Positions 17,543 to 27,689 of a DNA stretch of 33,589 nt are shown in pieces. Numbering within the stretch: the first letter of the stretch is position 1; every line of letters starts with the position of its first letter. The notes below the pieces were generated by a model. It ran no database searches. It saw only the letters and a program-made list of their open reading frames with translations, and had not been told where the DNA came from. A program made the translations under genes and the position numbers. Source of the stretch: Candidatus Thalassarchaeaceae archaeon (GTDB lineage Archaea; Thermoplasmatota; Poseidoniia; Poseidoniales; Thalassarchaeaceae); NCBI GenBank assembly GCA_963582685.1, contig CAUZSM010000002.1, forward strand, positions 1 through 33,589, written 5' to 3'.

Positions 17543-18295
17543 GTGGCTACTATTGGAAGTGCTGATTCGCCTGTGGTTCTAGCACCAGATGTCCGCACTG
17601 CTCTCATCAATATTCAAGACCAGTTTCGCACTGACTTTGATTGGGATTGCTCGGATGACCGACGCAGTGCACTGCGATTACAGCAAGCCTGCGGCTCTCA
17701 TGCATCATTCATCAGTACATCCGAACTTGCGGCGCGGACAACACAAACCTCGCCAATCAGGGTTCTCGGCGCAGCCGTCGAAGTAGATGAGGTTCTTTCT
17801 AACATCGAAGATGATTGCCTGTTGGTGGCTGCTGACGGCGCGGTTGGAGTCCTAAGAGAACTGCCAGATTCAGCACGAGAGGAATCTTGGCGACGATTGC
17901 TGTGTGTGGTCAGTGACGCCGACGGTGATTTCCCTGACCTATTGGAGGCAGCACATCGTAGCATTCCATTCGCCCTACACGCACATGGAGATAACGAGGG
18001 ACAGTGGCGCGCGTTGTTGGATTCATTTGGCTACAGTGGAGCAACACCCCCCCTATTGCTAACTCATCAAACTCCCGAACACATTGATGGTATGCACAAC
18101 CCCGGTGGATTCACCGATGGAGACCGGGCTGTTTGCTTACTCCTCAGTCTAGGTGTGAGCGCTTCGTCAATCGAATTGGTCGGATTCCGCGACGATATCA
18201 TTGGGAGGTGGACCGGTTCAACCAACCCAACACGCAAAATGCGTAAACTAGCGTGGATGGGCCGAATCCTACGTCTTACGGGGGTGTGGCAGTGA
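17543..18295 (+). CDS. mptE: MptE-like (DUF115) 6-hydroxymethyl-7,8-dihydropterin pyrophosphokinase
   Basis: LLVAADGAVGVL, VVSDADGDFPDL, HAHGDN and NPGGFTDGDRAV match the DUF115/MptE signature. The listed ORF starts at 17243 inside priL, so I start at in-frame GTG 17543. Confidence 0.65.
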   Translation: MATIGSADSPVVLAPDVRTALINIQDQFRTDFDWDCSDDRRSALRLQQACGSHASFISTSELAARTTQTSPIRVLGAAVEVDEVLSNIEDDCLLVAADGAVGVLRELPDSAREESWRRLLCVVSDADGDFPDLLEAAHRSIPFALHAHGDNEGQWRALLDSFGYSGATPPLLLTHQTPEHIDGMHNPGGFTDGDRAVCLLLSLGVSASSIELVGFRDDIIGRWTGSTNPTRKMRKLAWMGRILRLTGVWQ

Positions 18296-18312
18296 ATTTG
18301 GTTCAGGAAGCG

Positions 18313-19242
18313 ATGGCAAGCGAAAGAGGGACCTCTAAGAAGAAGCGTGCCCCAAAGGATGGTCGCAAGCGAATGGTGACGACATTATTCACCTGGATAT
18401 TGCTGAATGTCATCTGGACTGGTGCGCTCGGCGGTGAATCACTCAATGAGGTGATGGACCACGATTCACGATTCATTGGCAACTACTATCTTGACGTGCC
18501 AGACATGCTCAAACTAAACCACACCGTTCCGACCTATGTTGAATGTGACTACAGGGCCCGAAATGACACTGGTCCACAACATGTTCGACTTATTCACCAA
18601 TCCCCCAATGGAGATACGGAAACACTGTGGGAGGGGGTCACAGGTGTCGATGAATGCCCGAGTATTATGTTAGAATTAGAACCCGGGGGCCACAATTTCA
18701 TCACCCAAGTAATCGAAATCGATGGAGTGCGCAATCAAACACCGTCCAAACTAGTGTCCAGTGAATTGGACCTCGCAATGAAAGTCTACGAGCCTATCCA
18801 CACGGAGGGTTACATCGTCGCCAACGTGCTCGGCATCTGTCTATTCGTTGGCGAAAGAGGCGTTCGGGCTATGCTGAAGCGACGCAACGCGAGTAATGTC
18901 AGGGATATGCCGCTACACAAACTACGCCAGAAAGAGGAGTGGGAGTCAATCGTGGAGTCAATGTCTGGAGGCGATGCTGCCGATGTCGAGGATTTGATTC
19001 CATTTACCAGCACTGAGGATTCTGCTGCAGAAAAACGCAGGCAGAAGATGCGCGATGATTTCGCAGCTCAGGCAGCAACTACCGATGATGATGTGGAGGA
19101 TTTCACTGATGATTCAGAGGTCAAAGACGATGATGAACTCGGTGAGGGAACTACCGAGGGGCTGGAAGGAGAGGTCAAACCAGATCCACGATTGCGCACT
19201 GTCAAGGATATTTGGGAAAGGATTGAGGAAGACGACGACTGA
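18313..19242 (+). CDS. Hypothetical two-TM membrane protein with a highly acidic C-terminal tail
   Basis: ATG 18313 gives MASERGTSKKKRAPKDGRKR followed by a TM helix, a domain of about 150 aa, a second TM helix (YIVANVLGICLFVG) and a D/E-rich tail. An alternative start is GTG 18292, which overlaps the mptE stop codon (GTGA). Confidence 0.5.
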   Translation: MASERGTSKKKRAPKDGRKRMVTTLFTWILLNVIWTGALGGESLNEVMDHDSRFIGNYYLDVPDMLKLNHTVPTYVECDYRARNDTGPQHVRLIHQSPNGDTETLWEGVTGVDECPSIMLELEPGGHNFITQVIEIDGVRNQTPSKLVSSELDLAMKVYEPIHTEGYIVANVLGICLFVGERGVRAMLKRRNASNVRDMPLHKLRQKEEWESIVESMSGGDAADVEDLIPFTSTEDSAAEKRRQKMRDDFAAQAATTDDDVEDFTDDSEVKDDDELGEGTTEGLEGEVKPDPRLRTVKDIWERIEEDDD

Positions 19243-19342
19243 ACTCATTCTTGCTTGTGATAATGCGTGACGCACACCCACGCGCTCGGGCGCTACGCGA
19301 GCCTGCACACGCGTGCGGGAGTATGATGCTTTGTTACGCAAG

Positions 19343-19350
19343 GTATATAT
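19343..19350 (+). promoter_or_regulatory. TATA-like box GTATATAT upstream of the surface protein gene
   Basis: AT-rich octamer about 35-45 nt upstream of candidate starts 19383 and 19392. It is embedded in inverted repeats (19339-19368). AAGGAG lies at 19377-19382. Confidence 0.35.
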
Positions 19351-19382
19351 TCACCTTGTGACACAAGGTTACTCAGAAGGAG

Positions 19383-21158
19383 ATGCGAACAATGGATGCA
19401 AAACTTTGTGGAGAGAATGGCGGGGCAATGCGCTCCGTACTGATATTGACTGTAATGCTGCTGGGTACACTCGCTGCTCCAGCGGTACAATGGGATACTG
19501 GAAACGACGACCTGAACGATATGCTGGCCGAACTTCTCGGCCCCATCGGTGTGGCTCAAGCAGCCAATTTTGAATCCGATTCAAGCACCAATCCTGCTGA
19601 CCACATAGAAGTCGTGAGTTCAGCTGACCTCGGTGAGAACATCCGGCTCGCGGACTCGTGGGAGGACAACGACAACGAGGAGGAGGATTGGTGCATGGGT
19701 GATTTCTTCATGATTAACATCACTCAGCGTTACTCTTACTTCGCAGTCTGCTGGGGTTCTGAAGATAACCCGGGACCTGTCACCATCGCTGCACTCGAAG
19801 TGCAGTACCTCGGGGGTATCAACCTACACGATTTCCCTGCTGAGGGGATGACCGTACCCGGAGTACCTCTACCAATTGCGACGGTTTTCGCAACTAGCCT
19901 AGTCCACATGATTGAGTTTGAGGACACGGGGACACCTGGAGATGAAGCCAACACTTCAGGGAACGGGGTCTTCGATTTCGTTAGGGCTGGCGATGGACTT
20001 ACAGACTTCGAGATAGAAGCAGCTGAGCCAGTTCGTGCTGGAGTAGATTTGTCTAACCTCAACTGGGACATGACTGATGACGGTATTGAGGAATGGGCGC
20101 AAGGAAATAGCATGGGTTGGAATTTCACACTTGAAGCGACCAACGTCGACTACGATGGTGATGACGGATGGTGGTTGACAAACAACGGTGATGAGGTAGA
20201 ACGCATCGCCTACACCTTCCATCTTGGTGTCGAAATAGACACTGTGACAGACGAGGTCATCCCATGGTGGGATGTTACTCTCAACCCTGTGGAAGGTACC
20301 ACCGATGATCTACCTTGGGAAGTCGAGAGTATCGGCTCACAGCAAAACCTGACCTGGAGCGGTGTGCGCGTCGGTACCGATTTCAAGTACGACCAGACCA
20401 TTGAAGGGTGGGATTTCCACAGCGAGGATAGCCTGTTGATGGTCGAGAGCGTGATAGTGCGCGGCTCGTTCACCTTCGGTATTATCGGAGACTTCATGGA
20501 CGAGGTCTCAGGACAAGTCGGAGCCTTTGATGAGGATATGGCATTCGATGTCGATGAGGAAAACGAAGTAGTACTCTCAACCGGAGATGTCAGTGGTGTA
20601 AACCGTATTGCAGGAACCAACGTTGAGTGGAGAAATGACTACCGCAAGGTGCCGGACCAACTGCACTGGGTAGACACCGCAGAAGTTGGCGATGATGCAG
20701 ACAACCTCTCGTCAGCAAATGTCACCTTCCAACTGCATGCCTCGGAGGCATTCACCGAGAGCAATGATGCTGCGATAGTGACGGTGTACATCGCGCTTGG
20801 AGGAACTATCTACCCAGCGGCAAACCACATCTTCCATGACCCAGGATACGCTTCGAGTATCTCACTGATTCAACTGGGTGGTGCGCTGCTCAGTGGAGAT
20901 TTGATTGGTCTGCAACTGGTTGTAGTCGGCCTGCTTGGTGCGCTAGGAATGGTCGCCCTCGGTATGCGCCGACGCAGTCACAAAAAAACGCTCGGCGAAC
21001 ACCATGCCGGAACAAATCAAGTCGTGGCCCATCAATCGATGACAACCACACCGATGGCTGTGGCGCCATCGGTAGGCCAGTTACCCTCAATGGGGGATGC
21101 AATCGCCGCATCCGACCACCCACCTGGTGGTGGTGGACCAGTTGGACCCCTGTTTTGA
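19383..21158 (+). CDS. Large acidic secreted/surface protein, type I membrane-anchored, with a Gly/Pro-containing cytoplasmic tail
   Basis: Signal-peptide-like MRSVLILTVMLLGTLAAPAVQ. Alternative starts are ATG 19392 and 19428. The ectodomain is D/E-rich. A C-terminal TM helix (LQLVVVGLLGALGMVALGM) is followed by RRRSHKK and a tail of about 60 aa. No family recognised. Confidence 0.6.
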   Translation: MRTMDAKLCGENGGAMRSVLILTVMLLGTLAAPAVQWDTGNDDLNDMLAELLGPIGVAQAANFESDSSTNPADHIEVVSSADLGENIRLADSWEDNDNEEEDWCMGDFFMINITQRYSYFAVCWGSEDNPGPVTIAALEVQYLGGINLHDFPAEGMTVPGVPLPIATVFATSLVHMIEFEDTGTPGDEANTSGNGVFDFVRAGDGLTDFEIEAAEPVRAGVDLSNLNWDMTDDGIEEWAQGNSMGWNFTLEATNVDYDGDDGWWLTNNGDEVERIAYTFHLGVEIDTVTDEVIPWWDVTLNPVEGTTDDLPWEVESIGSQQNLTWSGVRVGTDFKYDQTIEGWDFHSEDSLLMVESVIVRGSFTFGIIGDFMDEVSGQVGAFDEDMAFDVDEENEVVLSTGDVSGVNRIAGTNVEWRNDYRKVPDQLHWVDTAEVGDDADNLSSANVTFQLHASEAFTESNDAAIVTVYIALGGTIYPAANHIFHDPGYASSISLIQLGGALLSGDLIGLQLVVVGLLGALGMVALGMRRRSHKKTLGEHHAGTNQVVAHQSMTTTPMAVAPSVGQLPSMGDAIAASDHPPGGGGPVGPLF

Positions 21159-21331
21159 GGGCCACAGGACCGCATTGAATCGTCGTGGTGATTGACGTGG
21201 ATATGGCTCACCTGCAAGGGTTGCAACTCGACACGGCTGGCGATCCTACTGAGGACTTGCCGCAGATGCTGCTGGTCATGGAGAGAACACTATGACGCAC
21301 TGCGTTCTCGGTGCGTTTGAGGGGATGATAG

Positions 21332-21679
21332 TTGGTGCGTAAGAAAGACCCTGTGACCGAATTGCGCAGAGGCGCACTCGAACTGGGCCTACTCGCATTC
21401 ATCTCGAAAGAAGCATGCTTCGGAGGTGGAATTATCATCGGACTTGCTGAAGCGTCCAACGGTGGATTGAGCCTGACAGAAGGTGCACTCTATCCAGCAT
21501 TACACCGGCTTGAGAAAAATAAATTGTTGACCAGTGACTGGCGAGACGGAGTGGATGGTGGCCGTCGAAGGAAGTACTACTTGATCACCGAGAATGGCTT
21601 AGAGAGATTGAATGTGCTGTCCTTAGCATGGAATGAACTGTCAGATGGAATGACAGCATTATTGGAAGGTGATGAGTGA
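21332..21679 (+). CDS. PadR-family transcriptional regulator
   Basis: Winged-helix signature LTEGALYPALHRLEKNKLLTSDWRDGVDGGRRRKYYLITENG. TTG or GTG start at 21332 or 21335. Confidence 0.8.
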   Translation: MVRKKDPVTELRRGALELGLLAFISKEACFGGGIIIGLAEASNGGLSLTEGALYPALHRLEKNKLLTSDWRDGVDGGRRRKYYLITENGLERLNVLSLAWNELSDGMTALLEGDE

Positions 21680-22269
21680 TGATGCCCGCAGCAGACACAA
21701 CAGCGCAAATTGCCATTGAGCAGTATCTTGGCTCTCTACGCAAAGGGATGTTTGGAGTTGCAGGGCGTCGCAAGCGCGATGTCTGTGATGAGATTGGAGC
21801 TGACCTTGAAGCAAGAATTGCTAGAAGTCAGGGGGAATATCAAAGCGTTTTCTCAAATGCTGCTGACCCGGTCGCTCTTGGCAAGGCCATGCGAGCAGTG
21901 CATGGAATCTCCTGGTGGTTACGACTTCTGTTCTGGATTCCAGCACCGTTACTCGGAATTTTCTCGTTCCCAATGATTTCGGCCTTCTTCCCGGCGGTAC
22001 CAACCACACTATTCCTCGCTCTTGGGACACTGCTCACCGTCAGTGCTGGTGCGGTAGGAGGACGATTCGCTGGCTTGGTGACTGGGCTTCTTGTCGCTGT
22101 ACCACGTATCATTTGGCTTCTTGTCACTACAGTGCTGATTGAATTCGTCCAAGAATCCATTGGTTATTCCAGTTGGAGCGTCGACGGTGGCACTGCATTT
22201 GTCATCTTGCTGACAAGTATATTGCTGCCAATAATCGGCTTCCTTGTAGGCAAACGGGTCAGCGTTTGA
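21676..22269 (+). CDS. PadR-associated membrane protein (DUF1700/HAAS-like N-terminal helical domain plus about 4 TM helices)
   Basis: The start overlaps the PadR stop codon. The N-terminus IEQYLGSLRKGM...RRKRDVCDEIGADLEARIA resembles DUF1700-type partners of PadR. The C-terminal half is hydrophobic. Confidence 0.5.
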   Translation: MMMPAADTTAQIAIEQYLGSLRKGMFGVAGRRKRDVCDEIGADLEARIARSQGEYQSVFSNAADPVALGKAMRAVHGISWWLRLLFWIPAPLLGIFSFPMISAFFPAVPTTLFLALGTLLTVSAGAVGGRFAGLVTGLLVAVPRIIWLLVTTVLIEFVQESIGYSSWSVDGGTAFVILLTSILLPIIGFLVGKRVSV

Positions 22270-22270
22270 A

Positions 22271-25200
22271 TCACAGGAAATCGTCGAGGGTGTATACCTT
22301 CACTCTATCGTTCTTGAATAGGGAATCGGCACTTGCAGCCAAACAATCAACGCGCTGTCGAGTGTAAAGTGAGACCCCATAGTGATCGATAACGTGCTTC
22401 ATCACCTTGATGTATTTGCGAACTGCCCCCTCACTTACCGTCAAAACTAGATTACCACCGCACTGATTACTGCCTTCATCTTCTGTGAATCGTAGGCCTC
22501 TGCGCCCAATCTGATCTCGGTCGCGTGGAATCTTGATGCACTTGCCTGCAAGTGGCATCCTGCGATAGGATTCGCCACAACGCACACAGCGTACCTTCTG
22601 GCGGGTAAATGCCACCAGATTACCGCGCAAGTCTGGGAGGAAATGCGATTCGATGACGGATGAAGCCACCCGTTGGACCTCAACCGCACGCAACCTTTGA
22701 CCAAGTGCGAGTTGAGCATTCATTTTGTCAATCATCGTCTCGAGAATCTTGTACGAACTATTGACCGGGCCAGAATCGAGGCTATCGCAATCGTGGGTGA
22801 ATCCGTAACCTCGCATCGCACCTATCGTCTCAATCCGTGCTTCAACGATATCCATCCTATCGATTAGATTAGATGGATGAGGTTGACTTTGAGTAGCCTC
22901 GTAGAATGCGCGTTCATACAACCATGCTGCATCGACGTTGAGTGCCTCTTTATCGAGTTCTGTCGGCTTCAAGCGTGTCGTCAGAACTAATGGAGCATCC
23001 ATCAAGCCACCACGAGTGGCGGGCAATATCACTCGGGAGAAGTTCAGGAGCCCATCGAGCAACAGCATTATCGCATCTTCATCTCCATCACAATTTCTAC
23101 GCTTGGAGGCATGGAAAAGTGGATGAGCATAGCCGGCGGATGCATTAGTCCAACCGATTAGACGTGTGAGTACACCGCCTGAGGTGTGTGGAGCCAGCGC
23201 AATGCAAAGTTGGCCAACCAAGTCCTCGCCAGTGCTAACTTGGTAGTATGGGTCCATGTGATAAAAACGCTCGAGCAACTCATCGATAAATCGGCACACT
23301 CTGATGAAATAATCCTCCGCGTTGCGACTCGCAATGAAATCCTGCGGCAGCAATTCCAACATTTGCTCGTCAGATTTCAGTGGCTCTCCATAGATGTCAT
23401 GGGTATAGCCAAGCGTGGTCAATTTCTGCCATACCGTGCCAATCTCTCTTGGGCGGAAATGGGTGACTGGGACGTCAATCATGTCGTAACGAACTGTTCC
23501 GTCCTTGAAAACAGGAATCTTATTCCTCGCCCGTAATAGTCCCTTTTCCAGAGGTTCAGGGGTCCTCTCCATCGAGGTCAGGCCCTTGACTGCCTTGACT
23601 TTATCCGGGATTCTATCAAGTCCTAGATTTCGCCGTTTTACCTCAAGGATATTGGCAAGATTCACTGACTGGTAGGTACCCTTTCTGCGCTGATTGGCCT
23701 TCATGCGCTCTGCAACGGGCTCGGTTCTCCCCCCGCATTCAATCGGTTCATCGGGTACGTTTCTATTGTGACAAATAGTGAAGGGTGATCGGCGGCCGCA
23801 TTCAGTACATTCGCGGATTCCTAGTTCCACCCTGAAAGAACCGGACTTACTTGCAACGGTAAGGAGGCGTTGTGGGCCGCCATGGTTGCCGATAGGGAAT
23901 AGTGAATTAACTGAGGTTTTCATCTGTCTCGGTGCCGCTTTCTCTGGCCGCCCCATGCGACAGCCCACTCTGCAGGGTGCGGCAGAAACCCAACGTAAAC
24001 TGCCACACTTTCGTACCACCCAAAGTGAGCCGTCGGCTTCATGTTCATCGAGTAATTCCTCAGAAGCACGCAATTTTCCGGCATCCGCAGGACCAGAAGC
24101 GGTAATCTCTGAAGCGGCGGCGGCGCCATCAGCATCGGTTTCTTCGATGCCTGCGCCGCGTTGCCGAGCGGCGGTTTCAGCCGCTAGACGGACCTTCTGT
24201 CTGCTCTGTTCAAGTTCAGTTACACGTTCTGATTCGTTACGAGTGACACTGAGAGCATCAGCAATACGAGAGAGTCGCTCCTTCGCATACTCACATGCAT
24301 CGACCCTTATTGTCGGGGCCGCCCCAATCTCCTCTTCATCTACTGTAGGAATTGCGAAGCCTAGCCCTTCAAGCAGCGGTTGCCAACCATGGGAAATCAG
24401 GATGTCATCTCCATCATGGTGATGATTGATACCAAGAACAAGAAGTGCTGATTTGACCAATCCGTGCTGCTCAAGGCGAAGCCAATGTGGCCACTCCCCC
24501 TGTATTGATTCGGGTAACTTGCTGATAGAGCCAGGCAACAGCTCCGGTTCTGAGTCAGTGGCAGGAATCCAATTAGTAGCAGCCCCCGGGATTCGCAGCC
24601 AAATTACACCCGGGGCCGGGATCATCCGTGGTGCATCGGTGGATTTCCCCGATGGCTCAAATCGTGCGCCTTTAATCGAATCCACTAGGTCCGGAATGAA
24701 CTCAACGGGCAAGTCATGCCAGTTGAGATTCCAAGGAGGTGGAACTGCTGTGAGATACTTGGCTGCAAGCGCAGTTACATCTTCCCATGAGAATACTCGA
24801 CTGCGTAGGAATCGGTGCCACTCTATTCTGCGATGCAGTCGGTCCGTAGCATCATTGAGGCCTTGTTCCGCATCACCTGTGAATGGAATACCCAAAGGCA
24901 GGTCCTGCCTTGGGATATTTAGGAGAAGGCTGAATTCTCCCACCGCTTTTTCTGTATTCAGCGCACTGCATAAGTCACTGGCAAACCACTCTGGTTGATA
25001 GGCAGCGGGAACTAACTCCTTGTTATTCTCAACGAACTCTCCAAAGCCAAGCATTATTTCGCCATTATCCCAGATTTCACTGACATTTGACTCGACACCA
25101 TTCCAGCACTCCATGCTCTGTACTCGCCCAAAAGTCCCACTATTGAGTAGTACACTGGGCCCATCCAATTCCGAACAGGGTGTGACCGCGCAGGCTTTGC

Positions 25201-26356
25201 CGGGCCTCTCAATCTTCATCTGGGTCCCTACCGACAAAAAGGAGCCCATTGCAGTCATTGAGACCGGGTTGATACCAGCGGCGGCAAGGCCAACATTGCG
25301 AGGGCGCCCATAGCGCAGCCTGAATCCGCCCGGGGTATTCGGCTCGCCAAATACCGGACGACCTGCGATGATATCTTCCATGAATCGGTCGATTTTCTTG
25401 ATGGTGCGACGCTTTTCGCCTTCAGATTCTCCGCCAAATTCTGCCTGTGCTTTGTCAGCAAAGTGGCTGATAAATTCCCATCCAGGTATCTTCAGTCGCT
25501 CAGTGTGTTTGCGGATTTTTGGGGCTTTCAGACAAAGCCCTTCGCCGATGACAAGCAGTACGCCACCCCGTACCCGGCCGCCCTCAATGTTGCGGACCTC
25601 GCGGTATCCGGCACATTCTATGTCCTCGGTTTGCTCTCCATTTACCATCACAGGACAAGCGCGTACAATTACCTCAACCTCCTCAGGTGGTGGGCGATAT
25701 TGCAGATTCTTCCGGTACAAACCGAATTCCTCCTTCACCCTCTCTACTTCAGGTGTGGTGGGTTCATACTTGGCCAAACCAAGTTCACGGCGAATCATGT
25801 CAGCAATCAATACAGCAAGAGCCTGAGCCGTTCCACCAGCCGCTCTAATAGGACCGCAGAACTCAATCGATACGAAGCGGGAACCGTCGAGATTGTTCAA
25901 CACCTGCACTTGACCGATTCCGGCAAGTGGTGCAACGAGCACTGCTTCAGTTAATATCGCTAGGCCAACTCGTAGTCCGGAATCGATTGAACGCTGAATA
26001 TCGGCTGTCTTGTCATGCATCTGATTAGCAACGCTTAGAGCCATCTCGATAGCGGTATTCTCTCGGTCTTTGATAGCGAGTAGTTCACGGATATCATTTG
26101 CTACCTCAATGCCATCGAGATACTCCTCAAGCAATTTCTCTGTCCTGCTCGCGAGGTCAGCTGCTCGTGGAATCTCAACGGTTGTCTTCAGGTCGAAGCC
26201 TTTGGCTCGCGCTTCCTCAGCAACTCGGTAGACCTCCTCACATCGCTGCTCCATCCAAACGTGGTAGCGGTCAATTTCATCCTGCATTCGCTCAGCATCG
26301 TACGGAGATACCACGCTGCCATCCACCATCCGTGCCCACCTGCTCTTGCGTAACAT
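22271..26356 (-). CDS. polC: DNA polymerase II (PolD) large subunit DP2
   Basis: 1361-aa ORF with characteristic DP2 blocks (GPIRAAGGTAQA, GRPVFGEPNTPGGFRLRYGR, APHTSGGVLTRLIGWTNA, KRRNCDGDEDA, zinc modules CTECG... and CVRCG...). The precise start among N-terminal Met codons is uncertain. Confidence 0.9.
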   Translation of the reverse strand: MLRKSRWARMVDGSVVSPYDAERMQDEIDRYHVWMEQRCEEVYRVAEEARAKGFDLKTTVEIPRAADLASRTEKLLEEYLDGIEVANDIRELLAIKDRENTAIEMALSVANQMHDKTADIQRSIDSGLRVGLAILTEAVLVAPLAGIGQVQVLNNLDGSRFVSIEFCGPIRAAGGTAQALAVLIADMIRRELGLAKYEPTTPEVERVKEEFGLYRKNLQYRPPPEEVEVIVRACPVMVNGEQTEDIECAGYREVRNIEGGRVRGGVLLVIGEGLCLKAPKIRKHTERLKIPGWEFISHFADKAQAEFGGESEGEKRRTIKKIDRFMEDIIAGRPVFGEPNTPGGFRLRYGRPRNVGLAAAGINPVSMTAMGSFLSVGTQMKIERPGKACAVTPCSELDGPSVLLNSGTFGRVQSMECWNGVESNVSEIWDNGEIMLGFGEFVENNKELVPAAYQPEWFASDLCSALNTEKAVGEFSLLLNIPRQDLPLGIPFTGDAEQGLNDATDRLHRRIEWHRFLRSRVFSWEDVTALAAKYLTAVPPPWNLNWHDLPVEFIPDLVDSIKGARFEPSGKSTDAPRMIPAPGVIWLRIPGAATNWIPATDSEPELLPGSISKLPESIQGEWPHWLRLEQHGLVKSALLVLGINHHHDGDDILISHGWQPLLEGLGFAIPTVDEEEIGAAPTIRVDACEYAKERLSRIADALSVTRNESERVTELEQSRQKVRLAAETAARQRGAGIEETDADGAAAASEITASGPADAGKLRASEELLDEHEADGSLWVVRKCGSLRWVSAAPCRVGCRMGRPEKAAPRQMKTSVNSLFPIGNHGGPQRLLTVASKSGSFRVELGIRECTECGRRSPFTICHNRNVPDEPIECGGRTEPVAERMKANQRRKGTYQSVNLANILEVKRRNLGLDRIPDKVKAVKGLTSMERTPEPLEKGLLRARNKIPVFKDGTVRYDMIDVPVTHFRPREIGTVWQKLTTLGYTHDIYGEPLKSDEQMLELLPQDFIASRNAEDYFIRVCRFIDELLERFYHMDPYYQVSTGEDLVGQLCIALAPHTSGGVLTRLIGWTNASAGYAHPLFHASKRRNCDGDEDAIMLLLDGLLNFSRVILPATRGGLMDAPLVLTTRLKPTELDKEALNVDAAWLYERAFYEATQSQPHPSNLIDRMDIVEARIETIGAMRGYGFTHDCDSLDSGPVNSSYKILETMIDKMNAQLALGQRLRAVEVQRVASSVIESHFLPDLRGNLVAFTRQKVRCVRCGESYRRMPLAGKCIKIPRDRDQIGRRGLRFTEDEGSNQCGGNLVLTVSEGAVRKYIKVMKHVIDHYGVSLYTRQRVDCLAASADSLFKNDRVKVYTLDDFL

Positions 26357-26465
26357 CGGCCATGGAGAGAAGGGCGTCCAAAAGGATTGGGCATGAGTCG
26401 TTGACCACTTTCAGAGAAAGTGGAGGGCGATAGCGAAGGTTCATTGAAGGCCGCCATAAGCGATA

Positions 26466-27068
26466 ATGAGAGATGAGAGCATGCCAGAACATACCACTGT
26501 AGAAGATGCGCGCAGGCGTTTGATTGAGAAAGTCGCAGACCTCGCCTACCTCTGTACTGAAACAGAAGAGTTCACTCTAGCATCAGGGCGCACGAGCCGG
26601 CATTTCTTCGACACCAAACCGGTGATGTGCGACCCTGAGTGCGCGCATCTTCTCGGTGTACTCATCCACGACATCCTTGCAGGTATCGAAGGTGGAGTCG
26701 ATGCTGTGGGTGGTCTCGAACTTGGCGCTGTTCCCCTCACCGGGATAGCAATCGCCAAGGCCGGGATAGGCAGTAACTTGCGCGGCTTCATCATGCGGAA
26801 GGAGCCTAAGGGTAGAGGTGGCAGAAAAACCGGAAACCCCCCCGGAATCGAGGGTAGCACTCTGCGGGCTGGTGACAGGTGTGTCATTCTTGAGGACGTT
26901 ACTACCACAGGTGGTTCCGCACTGGTGGCTGTCGAGCGCTTGCGAGACATGGGGTGCGAGGTCATTGCGTGCATTAGCATCGTCGACCGAGAGGAAGGCG
27001 GCCGTGAGGCATTTGATGCGGCAGGTATTCCTCTAATCCCGCTGACTTCGATGAAAGATTTCGCTTAA
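26466..27068 (+). CDS. pyrE: Orotate phosphoribosyltransferase
   Basis: FTLASGRTSRHFFD and the PRPP-binding loop VILEDVTTTGGS. Alternative start at ATG 26481. Confidence 0.85.
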   Translation: MRDESMPEHTTVEDARRRLIEKVADLAYLCTETEEFTLASGRTSRHFFDTKPVMCDPECAHLLGVLIHDILAGIEGGVDAVGGLELGAVPLTGIAIAKAGIGSNLRGFIMRKEPKGRGGRKTGNPPGIEGSTLRAGDRCVILEDVTTTGGSALVAVERLRDMGCEVIACISIVDREEGGREAFDAAGIPLIPLTSMKDFA

Positions 27069-27151
27069 TTTGCCGTTGATTTATCAGTCCAAACTGAAAT
27101 TAATCGGGCGGACGTTTGATAATTGACTCCCCTCTCCAGTAGGCTTACGGG

Positions 27152-27622
27152 GTGGTGGTTTTGTCCGAGATATTTACCGAAGGAGAATTAGACGAGACTA
27201 GCGAGTTGCACTTGGCTGTCCTTACTCGTTGGTTTGAAGAAGGCTGGGGAGAGCGCAACTTCGACCTCGTTGACGACCTTTTTTCGCCCGAATTCATAGC
27301 CGAAGGCGGGCTTGCTGGAAAACTGGATCGTCTCGCTTACAAGGCATACTGCAAAAGGGTCGTTGAGGTCAGCCCTGATATGAATGCGGTGATTCTTGAA
27401 CTGATTCCAGCACAGAATATTATCGTCAGCAGGATTAGGTCTACAGGCACACACAGCGGAAACGCGCAAGGCGTCGAAGCTACTGGTTCCCACTATGACA
27501 CCATCATCACAGATGTGTGGAAGTTCAAGGATGGACTCATTGTGATGCGTGAAAATGCCAATATCGATGCAGCACATCTGAGAGAGGTGTTGGGTGCTTC
27601 ACCACGGTATGAAGCCGACTAG
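27152..27622 (+). CDS. SnoaL-like / ester-cyclase-fold protein
   Basis: 156 aa. The N-terminal pattern ([23 protein letters not shown]) and the size are typical of the NTF2-like SnoaL family. GTG start. Confidence 0.5.
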   Translation: MVVLSEIFTEGELDETSELHLAVLTRWFEEGWGERNFDLVDDLFSPEFIAEGGLAGKLDRLAYKAYCKRVVEVSPDMNAVILELIPAQNIIVSRIRSTGTHSGNAQGVEATGSHYDTIITDVWKFKDGLIVMRENANIDAAHLREVLGASPRYEAD

Positions 27623-27689
27623 TGAGTTGTATTTCATCGCTTATCAGCCGAGGCACAGGCTCAAAAACTATGGACGAGGCACCGGAGTT

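Noticed and set aside
24029-24280. Possible intein or mobile insertion in the unusually long (1361 aa) PolD large subunit
   Set aside because: The extra segment (about residues 693-776) is a low-complexity stretch rich in A, E, R and D. I saw no Cys/Ser ... His-Asn splice-junction pattern and no LAGLIDADG or HNH endonuclease motifs. It looks like a lineage-specific linker.
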